Shown: positions 36,329 to 45,829 of the stretch, piece after piece | Position numbering within the stretch: position 1 is the first letter of the stretch | How the letters are laid out: each line of letters opens with the position of its first letter | Assembly: GCA_010031885.1 (NCBI GenBank) | Contig: RGYU01000002.1 | Coordinates: forward strand, 1 to 50,789 | Direction: 5' to 3' | Origin: Chlamydiota bacterium | GTDB lineage: Bacteria; Chlamydiota; Chlamydiia; Chlamydiales; RGXB01 | DNA length: 50,789 nt | Translations under genes and position numbers: made by a program | The notes under the pieces: model-generated | Databases searched by the model: none | What the model saw: only the letters and a program-made list of their open reading frames with translations | Told to the model about the DNA's origin: nothing

Positions 36329-37055
36329 CCATTTCAAAGGAAAAACGGTCCCTGATCATTTGAAACAAGCTCGTGAAAAAGGGGCTAACGCCAGCGAACA
36401 GATTCATGGAGTAGAACTGTCGGGCTCTTTTCACGCCGCCTGCGATGCTGTTAAAGAAACGGCTATTTACCTAAGTGTACTTTACTTGATTGTACCACAG
36501 GCAATTCCGATATTCGGAATCGGTTTGTGTCTTTGGAAAAGTGGTAGAGCTGCATTTCTCGGCTGGTCTAGGCTCAATCGATTGAACCAATTGATTGAGG
36601 AAGAGCATTATGAAATCAAAAATTCGCGAGAAACCGAACAAAAAGAGCTTACCGAAATTTATCGGGCAAAAGGCTTTGAATCGCCACTGCTGGATCAAGT
36701 GGTACAGGTTCTAATGGCAGATGAAAACCGTCTTTTGACGGTGATGCTTGAAGAGGAACTCGGGCTAAGGCTAGAGGAATACGAGCACCCACTAAAGCAG
36801 GGTTTTGGCGCATTTCTAGGAGTCTTTTTAGCGTTTTTACCCCTTTTCATTGCTACCTATTTCTCCCCAATTGTTTTTTTTATCACCGTTTTTATCCTCT
36901 TTGTAGTGGCTACTACAATTTCTATATTGCCCCAAAAAAGATCTTTTATTTCATTCAATACATGGTCAATAAGCCTTGGTTTTCTCGTCCTCTTAACCGT
37001 ATATGAATTGCATATCTTACTGACTCCCCTATTTACGAGGCTGATCAACCAATGA
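36312..37055 (+). CDS. VIT1/CCC1-family Fe/Mn transporter-like membrane protein
   Basis: The central cytoplasmic helical segment matches the VIT1 family pattern and is flanked by TM helices. Sequence: EEEHYEIKNSRETEQKELTEIYRAKGFESPLLDQVVQVLMADENRLLTVMLEEELGL...HPLKQGFGAFLGVFLAFLPLF. Confidence 0.6.
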   Translation: MCMSHDHFKGKTVPDHLKQAREKGANASEQIHGVELSGSFHAACDAVKETAIYLSVLYLIVPQAIPIFGIGLCLWKSGRAAFLGWSRLNRLNQLIEEEHYEIKNSRETEQKELTEIYRAKGFESPLLDQVVQVLMADENRLLTVMLEEELGLRLEEYEHPLKQGFGAFLGVFLAFLPLFIATYFSPIVFFITVFILFVVATTISILPQKRSFISFNTWSISLGFLVLLTVYELHILLTPLFTRLINQ

Positions 37056-38956
37056 GTTTTTCCTACGATGATTTTTTTGCTAAAGACTTAGAAGAATCGG
37101 AAAACCCCTTTCTAAAGCCTAATTCAAGGCGCACCGGAAAGGATCTTTCTTTAAAAATCTCTATCCTATCAGGCGTTTTTCTTGCGTTATCCTATTCTAC
37201 CGTCCAATTCCAGAATTTTTCCGTTCTGTGCCTTGGTTTTGTTTATTTTCTCTCTGGCACACCTGCTCTCATTCAAACGATTAAAGATTTAAAAAATTCA
37301 ATCATCAATATTGATGTGTTGATGACCCTGGCAGCACTTTTATCTGTCTGTATAGGGGCAGAACATGAGGGTGGTTTATTGCTCGTTTTGTTTGCCCTTT
37401 CAGAAGCGATGGAAGAGATGGTGGACCGTAAAACCAAAAGTGCATTGAGCCATCTCAACTCACTGGTACCAACCCTTGCAACCGTTGTGCAACCCGATAA
37501 TACCCGCTTTCAAAAAGCGGTCCAGGAGATCACTGTTGGCACCAAAATCTTTGTCCCTGTAGGTGAAATTGTTCCGCTTGATTCAAAAGTGATAGAGGGC
37601 TCTTCTTTTGTCAATATCTCTCATATTACAGGAGAAAGTATACCCGTTTCCAAAACTGTCTCAGATACCGTTGTAGCGGGTTCACTACTCATCGATTCCC
37701 CCCTTCTTCTTGAAGTCTTTAAACCAAGCAACCAGTCCACACTAGCAAAAATTATAGAACTTATCACCCAAGCGCAGCATGCAAAACCTAAAATACAGGT
37801 TTTTTTAGATCAGTTTAGCGGGATATACGCAAAAACAATCATTGGACTTTCCCTTTTTTTTGCTCTTGCTCTTCCCCTTTTTGGGATAGCGTTTTTAGGG
37901 ACAGAGGGTTCGATCTACCGTGCACTTGCTTTTTTAATCGCTGCCTCTCCATGTGCATTAATTATTGCGACCCCTACCGCCTATTTAAGCTCTTTGAGCG
38001 CCAGCGCCAGACATGGTGTTTTACCCAAAGGGGGTACCTCACTGGATGCCTTGAGTCGCTGTAAATATTTTCTTTTTGATAAAACAGGAACCCTAACAAC
38101 AGGTGGATTGTCATGCACTCGAGTAGAAAATCACACTAAGTATCCCCTCGAAACTATCTTATCCGTAGCCTCAAGTTTAGAAAAAAACGCGACCCATCCA
38201 ATTGCACGGGCGATTGTCACCTTTGCCGAGATTAAACACGGAAAAGACCTCATTACCAAAGAGGTACAGGTCATAGCAGGCAAAGGGGTGAAGGGGTTAG
38301 TTGAAATAGACGGGCAATTCCATGAAGTTTTTATAGGTCGATCCGAAAGAGAACATTTAACAGAAGAGGTGGTGACCATTTTAAAAATGGATAACGAAGA
38401 GGCTATCTTCCATTTTAAAGACGAGTTGCGCCCTGAAGCGCCAAAGATTATTGAAGAGCTGAAAACAATGGGCCGTGTTTTTATGCTCACTGGAGACAGG
38501 CGCGAGGTTGCGCAGCCAGTGGGTAGGCTACTAGGGCTGGAGATAGAGGAAATTTTTGCCGACCTTAGCCCTGAAGAAAAATTAGAAAAAATTGCAGAAA
38601 TGTCAAAACTTGAAAACTGTGCAATGACCGGTGATGGAATCAATGATGGTCCAGCCCTAGTCCGCTCCTCGTGTGGTATAGCCGTAGGCACAGGTCTTTC
38701 CTCCCAAACAGCTGTCGAGGCCGCAGACATCGTCATTATGAAAAATGATCTGACTTTAATTCCACAAATTGTCAGACAAGCCAGAGCGACTCAAAATATT
38801 GTGCGTCAAAATTTAACGATTGCCCTTTCAGTCATACTCTTAGCCACTACCCCATCTCTTCTTGGGCTCATCCCCCTATGGCTTGCAGTGATCCTTCATG
38901 AAGGGGGAACGGTGATAGTGGGGCTGAATAGCTTACGTCTACTTCGTTGGAGATAA
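37052..38956 (+). CDS. P1B-type heavy-metal ATPase, SPC/HEGGT subtype (P1B-4-like), no N-terminal metal-binding domain
   Basis: TGES (ITGESIPV), membrane SPC (AASPCALIIATP), DKTGTLT, GDGINDGPAL and HEGGT in the last TM. 634 aa with a short N-terminus. ATGA overlap with the VIT1-like gene. Confidence 0.88.
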   Translation: MSFSYDDFFAKDLEESENPFLKPNSRRTGKDLSLKISILSGVFLALSYSTVQFQNFSVLCLGFVYFLSGTPALIQTIKDLKNSIINIDVLMTLAALLSVCIGAEHEGGLLLVLFALSEAMEEMVDRKTKSALSHLNSLVPTLATVVQPDNTRFQKAVQEITVGTKIFVPVGEIVPLDSKVIEGSSFVNISHITGESIPVSKTVSDTVVAGSLLIDSPLLLEVFKPSNQSTLAKIIELITQAQHAKPKIQVFLDQFSGIYAKTIIGLSLFFALALPLFGIAFLGTEGSIYRALAFLIAASPCALIIATPTAYLSSLSASARHGVLPKGGTSLDALSRCKYFLFDKTGTLTTGGLSCTRVENHTKYPLETILSVASSLEKNATHPIARAIVTFAEIKHGKDLITKEVQVIAGKGVKGLVEIDGQFHEVFIGRSEREHLTEEVVTILKMDNEEAIFHFKDELRPEAPKIIEELKTMGRVFMLTGDRREVAQPVGRLLGLEIEEIFADLSPEEKLEKIAEMSKLENCAMTGDGINDGPALVRSSCGIAVGTGLSSQTAVEAADIVIMKNDLTLIPQIVRQARATQNIVRQNLTIALSVILLATTPSLLGLIPLWLAVILHEGGTVIVGLNSLRLLRWR

Positions 38957-39031
38957 TAAAAAATTTTTGCTTTTATTCTCTCTATCATCTATGAAAGGCT
39001 CAATAGGCCTAAATAGTCGGCAGGGTGCGTC

Positions 39032-41983
39032 ATGTCCGAAAAGGATGCGATCAAAGATCACATTCAGGAATTAAAAAAACATCATGAGTGGTTGCACCAC
39101 AACATGCCCAGCTGTTTTTTGGCTACTGAAAATAGTCCTTTGATTTTGGAAGTCGCTCATGGTCTGATAGATCTGCCCAAGCACGACAACTTCATCTTAC
39201 TGCATTTGAAAAATATTACCCTTGTCATAACCGTTGATGAGCTTCATATTGATCTTAAGATTCTCAAAAAGGTAAATTATCTACCTGTTTATAGCTATGA
39301 GTCTTACGTATCATCCTCTAATTTGCCAAATACGCAAGCAAAGCTTTATGTAGCTTTTTTGCATCACGCAAGAGTTGGTGGTGGAAGCGAAAAAAAAACT
39401 AAACCTGAAAGGGATCTACTTAGTGAAATTTTGGTTCACTATCCAGAGGTTTCTCCAGTAGAGCTCTATCATGTCCATGATAGCCTTTCCCCGAAAATTT
39501 TAGAGGGGATGAATCAAAAAGAAAAAGAAGAGCTTTTTCATCTTATCACTAGGTCGATAATTCGCGATCATCTCCAGTTTTATCTTGACGATCATCTAAA
39601 ACTCTTTTTTTCCTGGAAAAATGTCCCCAGAAACCATTTTTTGACTTACGTAGCTGAACTTTGTAAACGACATCACCTTTCTATAGATCATTTTCACGGC
39701 ATGTATGTCCCACTTAATGAAAAAGATGATCTTTTAGTGATGCATCTTCATTTAAAAAAAATAGATCAAGGTTTTTCAAGGGATGATTTTTTAAGAGAGC
39801 TCTGTTTTTTAAAGTTTGGTCGTTTAAAAGATGTAATAGAGGATCATTTTTTAACAAATGAAATTATCGATGGGACTTATACCGATCTTTTAAAGGCGAT
39901 GTTAGGATTTAGCCACCAGTTTTTAGTTCATGCAGACAATAATGTTTATTCTTTAGAGCACATTGAAGAGGCCACCCTTCGCTATCCGGAATTAACGCGA
40001 CAGATTTTGACCCTTTTTCAGCATAAATTTGACCCAAGCAATCGAAGATTTGAACATTACGAAAAAGAAAAAAACCATCTTTTAGAGGAAATCGTAAAAA
40101 TAGATTCTGGAAATTCTTCGATAGATATTCGCCGTAAAAACGTCCTTAAAACACTTATTCTCTTTACTGATTACTGCCAAAAAACAAATTTTTATAGAGA
40201 AAATAAATGTGCACTATCTTTCAGGATAGATCCCAAAATTCTCAATTTTACACCCTATGACCGCAACTCCAAGTTCCCTGAGCTACCTTTTGGAATTTTC
40301 TTTTTTTCTAATAAAAATTTTATTGGCTTTCAAATTAGATTCAAAGATCTCTCAAGGGGTGGTCTTAGAACAGTTGCTTTACCCAAAGAGCAGACATCCT
40401 GGGAAATCAATAATGTTTTTCAAGAGTGCTACAACTTAGCCTACACTCAGCAAAAAAAAAATAAAGACATTCCCGAGGGCGGATCTAAAGCAATTATTTT
40501 CTGTAATATCCACACCCTTTTGAAAGAAGAGACCGAATATTTGATCAAATCTCAGCCTCATCTATCTAAAGATGCACTGGATCAATTTCGGCAGGATTTT
40601 CGTTGGAAAATCATCTATGAATCCCAAAGGGCGTTTATCCATAGTTTTCTAACTCTGATCAATTGTACTGAAAATGGGGAACTAAAAGCTAAGCAGGTGA
40701 TTGACTACTACCGAAAACCCGAATATATCTACCTTGGACCGGATGAGAATATGCATAATAGCATGATTGACTGGATTGCCGAGATGAGCGAGAAAGTCGG
40801 CTACAAGCCTAAAAAAGCATTTATTTCTTCCAAACCATTGTTAGGTATCAATCATAAAGAATTTGGAATCACCTCGTTTGGCGTACATACCTGTTTGAAA
40901 ACTGTTATGCACCATCTAGGAATGGATCCTCAAAAAGATCCTTTCACTATTAAAATTTCAGGTGGACCGGATGGGGATGTTGCAGGAAATGAAATGGCCC
41001 TTTTGATCAAGGAGTTCCCAAAGACAGCAAAAATCATCGCGATCACAGACGGTACCGGGACTATTCGCGATACTAAAGGTCTCAACTTTGATGCATTGCT
41101 ACACCTTTTTGAAAAAGGTGTGGGGATCAAATTCTACCCCACAGAACTGCTTTCCAAAGATTCGTTTCTCCTAGATATCACATCCCGTAAAGAGATTGCC
41201 GGTATGGGAGATACCCATCGTCTGATCCGTAATGAAAACAATAAAATCATCGATACCCCTATCCCCGCGTCCGAGGCTTCAAACCTTTATCGTTTAAATC
41301 TTTTAAAAGTAGAGGCTGATATATTTATACCTGCTGGGGGAAGGCCACGAACTCTACAGCAGGCCAATATTTCCGACTTTCTAGACTCTCATGGCCAACC
41401 AACCTCAAAAGCGATTATTGAGGGGGCAAATCTCTACTTAACTCCTGAAGCACGCCATGTTTTAGAACAAAAAGGGGTTATTATTATCAAAGACAGCTCC
41501 GCAAATAAGGGGGGGGTTGTCTGTTCAAGTTTTGAGGTTTTGTGCGGTCTCATACTATCCGACGAGGAATTTGTAGAAAACAAACGGCAGATTGTTGAAG
41601 AAATATTGGCATTTATCGAGTCGATTGCCCTGAAAGAGACTCAATTAATCCTAAAAACCGCTGAAGAGTACAATATTGAGTACGCCAAGGCCTCAGATCT
41701 TATTGCCGAAAAAATCAATTTTTTTAGCTACAAAATCTTGGATCATCTCCAAAATGTGAACCTTTCTGACTCAATTGACGACCCTTTAAACCAATGTCTA
41801 GTGGCCCATTGTCTTCCCATTTTGAGAAGACACCCTGAACGGATCCTCAAGAACATCCCTGATATACACAAAAAAGCGATTATCGCCTCTTTTGTGGGGG
41901 CTAATACCGTTTATAAAAACGGGCTGGGGTGGGAACCTTCAATTCATCAAATCCTCCCCTTAATCATTAAAAATCTCATTTAG
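39032..41983 (+). CDS. Large NAD-specific glutamate dehydrogenase (about 112 kDa class)
   Basis: FKDLSRGGLRTV, TQQKKNKDIPEGGSKAIIF, YLGPDENM, KEFGITSFGV, GGPDGDVAGNEM, FIPAGGRPRT, IEGANLYLTPEAR and ANKGGVVCSSFEV follow the order of catalytic motifs of large NAD-GDHs. Confidence 0.85.
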   Translation: MSEKDAIKDHIQELKKHHEWLHHNMPSCFLATENSPLILEVAHGLIDLPKHDNFILLHLKNITLVITVDELHIDLKILKKVNYLPVYSYESYVSSSNLPNTQAKLYVAFLHHARVGGGSEKKTKPERDLLSEILVHYPEVSPVELYHVHDSLSPKILEGMNQKEKEELFHLITRSIIRDHLQFYLDDHLKLFFSWKNVPRNHFLTYVAELCKRHHLSIDHFHGMYVPLNEKDDLLVMHLHLKKIDQGFSRDDFLRELCFLKFGRLKDVIEDHFLTNEIIDGTYTDLLKAMLGFSHQFLVHADNNVYSLEHIEEATLRYPELTRQILTLFQHKFDPSNRRFEHYEKEKNHLLEEIVKIDSGNSSIDIRRKNVLKTLILFTDYCQKTNFYRENKCALSFRIDPKILNFTPYDRNSKFPELPFGIFFFSNKNFIGFQIRFKDLSRGGLRTVALPKEQTSWEINNVFQECYNLAYTQQKKNKDIPEGGSKAIIFCNIHTLLKEETEYLIKSQPHLSKDALDQFRQDFRWKIIYESQRAFIHSFLTLINCTENGELKAKQVIDYYRKPEYIYLGPDENMHNSMIDWIAEMSEKVGYKPKKAFISSKPLLGINHKEFGITSFGVHTCLKTVMHHLGMDPQKDPFTIKISGGPDGDVAGNEMALLIKEFPKTAKIIAITDGTGTIRDTKGLNFDALLHLFEKGVGIKFYPTELLSKDSFLLDITSRKEIAGMGDTHRLIRNENNKIIDTPIPASEASNLYRLNLLKVEADIFIPAGGRPRTLQQANISDFLDSHGQPTSKAIIEGANLYLTPEARHVLEQKGVIIIKDSSANKGGVVCSSFEVLCGLILSDEEFVENKRQIVEEILAFIESIALKETQLILKTAEEYNIEYAKASDLIAEKINFFSYKILDHLQNVNLSDSIDDPLNQCLVAHCLPILRRHPERILKNIPDIHKKAIIASFVGANTVYKNGLGWEPSIHQILPLIIKNLI

Positions 41984-42095
41984 AAACGATTTAATCCATC
42001 CTCAGATCATGCCCCCTTTACCTCATTAAAAATAAGAGCACCCCCTCTATTTTAGATGACTATCTCCCTCATTTATAGTCTCTTGTATTCATTTT

Positions 42096-42122
42096 TTAGC
42101 ATTCAAACTTTGAGATTGCTAA
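42096..42122 (+). promoter_or_regulatory. CIRCE operator (HrcA binding site) upstream of hrcA-grpE-dnaK
   Basis: TTAGCATTC-N9-GATTGCTAA versus the consensus TTAGCACTC-N9-GAGTGCTAA. One mismatch per arm; the arms are complementary except at one position. Lies 32 nt upstream of the hrcA ATG. Confidence 0.75.
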
Positions 42123-42153
42123 ATTTTAGGCGCTCCATTATAATATCAATCAG

Positions 42154-43251
42154 ATGCAGAAAGAAAAGCGAAATAAAAGAGCCTTAGAAGTTCTATTTAG
42201 CCTCATCGACCTCTATCTTAAAACTGGCAAGCCGGTCGCCTCCAACACCTTAAAAGATGAGTGTCTTCCTCACCTCTCCTCAGCAACTATCCGCAACTAC
42301 TTTCAAGAGTTAGAGGAAAGTGGTCTTTTGGAGCAGATGCACACTTCTGGAGGGCGCCTTCCAACAGTGGAATCCTTTAAGCTTTTTGCACAAAACTCTA
42401 TCCAGAATAAAAAGATAGACCCCCAAGATGAACTATTCTTTTTAAATCACCTCGATTTCAAAACATTTGAGCTTCAACGCTCTATAGAGATTGCGGTTGA
42501 GTCTCTTTCAGAGGCTACCGGTTTGGCAGCGCTCATCACCAGCCCCCGTTTCGATCAAGATTTTATCAAGGAAATACGCCTTTTTGTCCTTGACTCTACC
42601 CGTGTACTTTCGGTCATTATTACCCAGTTTTCAGTCTGCTACACCGATATTTTGCACATACCAAAAAAGTTATCTTCTTTTTCAGCAAAAAGAATCGAGG
42701 CATTTTTCCAGTCAAAGCTACAACCCAAAGCGGTTATTTTAGAGGAATTAACCGATGAGGAGTACCCCATCGCGCTACAACTCTATCAAGAAATTTCACT
42801 ACGATTCATGGTCCGCTATGCCAATTTTACGACAGACGAAGTTCAAAAAGCAGGGCTCTTTCGCCTGCTGAATTTCACCGAATTCCATGACCCCGCCCTT
42901 CTTGGATCCACACTTTCACTTATGGAAAACCCCGCAAAAGTGCACGAAATGATCCAAAGGACTATGCGATCTGACCAGATCAGCTACCATGTAGCCGATC
43001 CTGTTAACAACGAAACAACCGTCCTTTCGATCCCTTACAGAGTCGATGGAAAACGGGTCGGGGCAATTGCACTTTTTGGCCCAATGCGTATCCCCTACCC
43101 GCGTCTTTTTGCCCTCTTAAACCACTTCAGAAATCTTTTTGAAAAACAGTTGGAGCAGGTCGTACTTGCCAATAATATTTCGCTTAGGACCCCTGAAACA
43201 ACACTAGAACATAACCCCCCACTCTTTTTGGAGAGCTATCATCATGAGTGA
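42154..43251 (+). CDS. hrcA: Heat-inducible transcription repressor HrcA
   Basis: N-terminal winged-helix region (RALEVLFSLIDLYLKTGKPVASNTL), 365 aa, first gene of the hrcA-grpE-dnaK operon, preceded by CIRCE. Confidence 0.9.
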   Translation: MQKEKRNKRALEVLFSLIDLYLKTGKPVASNTLKDECLPHLSSATIRNYFQELEESGLLEQMHTSGGRLPTVESFKLFAQNSIQNKKIDPQDELFFLNHLDFKTFELQRSIEIAVESLSEATGLAALITSPRFDQDFIKEIRLFVLDSTRVLSVIITQFSVCYTDILHIPKKLSSFSAKRIEAFFQSKLQPKAVILEELTDEEYPIALQLYQEISLRFMVRYANFTTDEVQKAGLFRLLNFTEFHDPALLGSTLSLMENPAKVHEMIQRTMRSDQISYHVADPVNNETTVLSIPYRVDGKRVGAIALFGPMRIPYPRLFALLNHFRNLFEKQLEQVVLANNISLRTPETTLEHNPPLFLESYHHE

Positions 43252-43759
43252 AGAAACGACAACGGAACCGATCCAAGAACCTCAAGAGGAATCTTTCGAG
43301 GTTAAACTCGAAGAGATGACCCAAAAGTATCGTCATGCAATCGCCGATATGGAAAATATGCGCAAGCGTTTAATGAACGAACAAAAAGAGGTGATCCAGT
43401 TTGCCAAAGAACGGCTCATTTTAGAATTTATCACACCGCTTGACTGCCTGGAGAAAGCCCTCTCTTACGAGGCGCATATGTCCAAAGAGGTCCAACAGTG
43501 GGCCTACGGCTTTAAAATGATTCTTGAGCAGTTTAAAGAGGTGCTAAGAGAAAACAACATCTACAGTTTCGAACCCCTAAATGAACCTTTTGATCCCCGT
43601 GCACATGATGCGATCGAAATGGTGGAATCGGATAAGGAAGGCGGCACAATTTTAGAAGTGCTTGCAAAAGGCTATAAAAACGGACCTCGTGTTTTAAAAG
43701 CTGCCCAAGTCAAGGTAGCTAAATCAAAAACCGTGGAACAAGATCAAGGAGAAAACTAA
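43244..43759 (+). CDS. grpE: Nucleotide exchange factor GrpE
   Basis: Acidic N-terminus, a long helix with ADMENMRKRL, and a C-terminal FDPRAHDAI...GYKNGPRVLKAAQVKV beta domain. Overlaps the hrcA stop by 8 nt. Confidence 0.9.
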   Translation: MSEETTTEPIQEPQEESFEVKLEEMTQKYRHAIADMENMRKRLMNEQKEVIQFAKERLILEFITPLDCLEKALSYEAHMSKEVQQWAYGFKMILEQFKEVLRENNIYSFEPLNEPFDPRAHDAIEMVESDKEGGTILEVLAKGYKNGPRVLKAAQVKVAKSKTVEQDQGEN

Positions 43760-43762
43760 TAT

Positions 43763-45712
43763 ATGTCAGCAAAAAAATCGAAAATCATCGGTATTGACCT
43801 CGGGACTACCAATTCCTGTGTTGCCATCATGGAAGGTTCTCAAGCGAAAGTGATTGCCAACGCTGAAGGTGCAAGAACGACCCCCTCTGTGGTCGCCTTT
43901 ACCAAGTCGGGCGAGCGCCTCGTGGGAGCAGCAGCAAAACGTCAAGCTGTAACAAACCCAACCAATACCATCTTTTCTGCCAAGCGATTTATTGGACGCA
44001 AACACGCAGAAATTTTAAGCGAAACCAAAATGGTTCCTTATAAAGTTGCTGCAGCTTCCAACGGAGATGCCGCGATTGAAGTTGATGGAAAGCTTTTTTC
44101 ACCACCAGAGATCAGTGCGCAAGTGCTCATCAAAATGAAAGAGACAGCTGAGGCCTATCTTGGTGAAAAGGTAACCGAAGCGGTGATTACAGTTCCTGCC
44201 TATTTTAATGACTCACAGCGTCAAGCTACAAAAGATGCCGGACGTATCGCCGGTTTGAATGTGCAAAGGATCATTAACGAGCCGACGGCCGCAGCTCTAG
44301 CCTACGGTCTAGATAAGCAACACACCGACAAAAAGATCATCGTATTCGATCTTGGTGGTGGTACGTTTGACGTTTCTGTACTTGAAATTGGAGACGGTGT
44401 TTTTGAGGTTCTTTCTACAAACGGTGATACTCACCTTGGTGGAGATGACTTTGACAACGTGATTGTTGCCCACTTAATTGAAGAATTTAAAAAAGAGAAT
44501 GGTATCGATCTACACAATGATCGTATGGCCCTTCAACGTCTTCGTGATGCTGCTGAGAAAGCAAAATGTGATCTTTCCGGAATGGTATCTACTGACGTGA
44601 ACCTCCCCTTTATCACTATGGATCAAACCGGACCAAAACACTTAAACATCACCCTTACACGGGCAAAGTTTGAGTCGTTGGCTCATGATCTAATCAAGCG
44701 CCTTGAGGCACCTTGCCGTAATGCCATGAAAGATGCTGGCATTTCAGCTAATGACATCCATGATGTAATTCTCGTCGGCGGTATGACCCGTATGCCTGCA
44801 GTACAAGAGAAGGTAAAACAGATTTTCAACAAAGAACCACATAAAGGGGTCAACCCCGATGAAGTAGTTGCGGTTGGCGCTGCAATTCAAGGTGGCGTAT
44901 TGACTGGAGATGTAAAAGATGTCCTTCTTTTGGATGTGATCCCCCTATCTTTAGGGATTGAGACCATGGGTGGAGTGATGACCCGATTGATCGAGCGCAA
45001 CACTACAATCCCGACAAAGAAAACTCAAGTTTTCTCTACAGCTGCCGATAATCAGCCAGCTGTAACAATCAAGGTTCTTCAGGGGGAAAGACCGATGGCT
45101 CACGATAACAAATCTCTAGGAAACTTTGACCTTGAAGGAATCCCGCCCGCAGCTAGAGGTGTACCACAAATTGAAGTGACATTTGATATCGATGCTAACG
45201 GTATTTTGAACGTCTCTGCAAAAGATAAAACCTCTGGTAAAGAGCAAAAAATCCGTATTGAGGCCTCCTCTGGATTGACAGAAGATGAGATTCAGCGCAT
45301 GGTTCGTGATGCAGAATCTCATGCCGAAGAGGACAAAAAGCGTAAAGAGCTTGTTGAGGCTAAAAACCATGCAGATTCTTTAGCTACCCAGGCGGAACGT
45401 CAGCTCAGCGAGTATAAAGATAAGCTCCCGCAACCGGTTGTAGAGCAAATCCAAAACTGCATTAATGAGCTGAAAAAAGCTCAGGAAAGCGATGACGCGG
45501 CCCACATCCAAGCCAAAATCAATGAGCTCAATCAAAAGCTCCAAAAAATTGGTGAGGAACTGCAAAAGCAAGGTGGCCAAGCAAGTGGACAACAGGATCA
45601 TCACCAAGGCCACGGTCCTAGTGGACACCAAGGGCATAGCGGGCACCAACACCACTCCAATGAGCCGGAAGAGGCAGAGGTGGAGATCATCGACGATAAC
45701 AAAAAGTCTTAA
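43763..45712 (+). CDS. dnaK: Molecular chaperone DnaK (Hsp70) with His/Gly/Gln-rich C-terminal tail
   Basis: [28 protein letters not shown] and the Hsp70 signatures throughout. The tail is [21 protein letters not shown]. Confidence 0.97.
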   Translation: MSAKKSKIIGIDLGTTNSCVAIMEGSQAKVIANAEGARTTPSVVAFTKSGERLVGAAAKRQAVTNPTNTIFSAKRFIGRKHAEILSETKMVPYKVAAASNGDAAIEVDGKLFSPPEISAQVLIKMKETAEAYLGEKVTEAVITVPAYFNDSQRQATKDAGRIAGLNVQRIINEPTAAALAYGLDKQHTDKKIIVFDLGGGTFDVSVLEIGDGVFEVLSTNGDTHLGGDDFDNVIVAHLIEEFKKENGIDLHNDRMALQRLRDAAEKAKCDLSGMVSTDVNLPFITMDQTGPKHLNITLTRAKFESLAHDLIKRLEAPCRNAMKDAGISANDIHDVILVGGMTRMPAVQEKVKQIFNKEPHKGVNPDEVVAVGAAIQGGVLTGDVKDVLLLDVIPLSLGIETMGGVMTRLIERNTTIPTKKTQVFSTAADNQPAVTIKVLQGERPMAHDNKSLGNFDLEGIPPAARGVPQIEVTFDIDANGILNVSAKDKTSGKEQKIRIEASSGLTEDEIQRMVRDAESHAEEDKKRKELVEAKNHADSLATQAERQLSEYKDKLPQPVVEQIQNCINELKKAQESDDAAHIQAKINELNQKLQKIGEELQKQGGQASGQQDHHQGHGPSGHQGHSGHQHHSNEPEEAEVEIIDDNKKS

Positions 45713-45733
45713 TTTTTTTGTTACTCCCAGTTG

Positions 45734-45775
45734 AAAAAAGCACCCTTACCGGGATCGGCAAGGGTGCTTTTTATT
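45734..45775. terminator. Bidirectional intrinsic terminator between dnaK (+) and the paralog array (-)
   Basis: 8-bp perfect stem GCACCCTT/AAGGGTGC (45740-45747 / 45760-45767) with an inner CCG/CGG. An A6 run lies upstream and TTTTTATT downstream, so a U-tract follows the stem on both strands. Confidence 0.8.
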
Positions 45776-45829
45776 AGCGCTATTGAGAGTCTGTTATCCA
45801 TCGACGATAGTTTAAAAAGCTCTGCTTTT

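Noticed and set aside
38131-38736. 201-aa minus-strand ORF
   Set aside because: It is antisense within the P-type ATPase gene, whose DKTGTLT and GDGINDGPAL motifs fix the true frame. Its Ser-rich translation is typical of an antisense artefact.
45380-45655. 91-aa minus-strand ORF, plus other 60-100-aa ORFs inside dnaK, ftsK, ptsI, serS and the GDH gene
   Set aside because: All are nested antisense or out of frame within long ORFs that have unambiguous family motifs.
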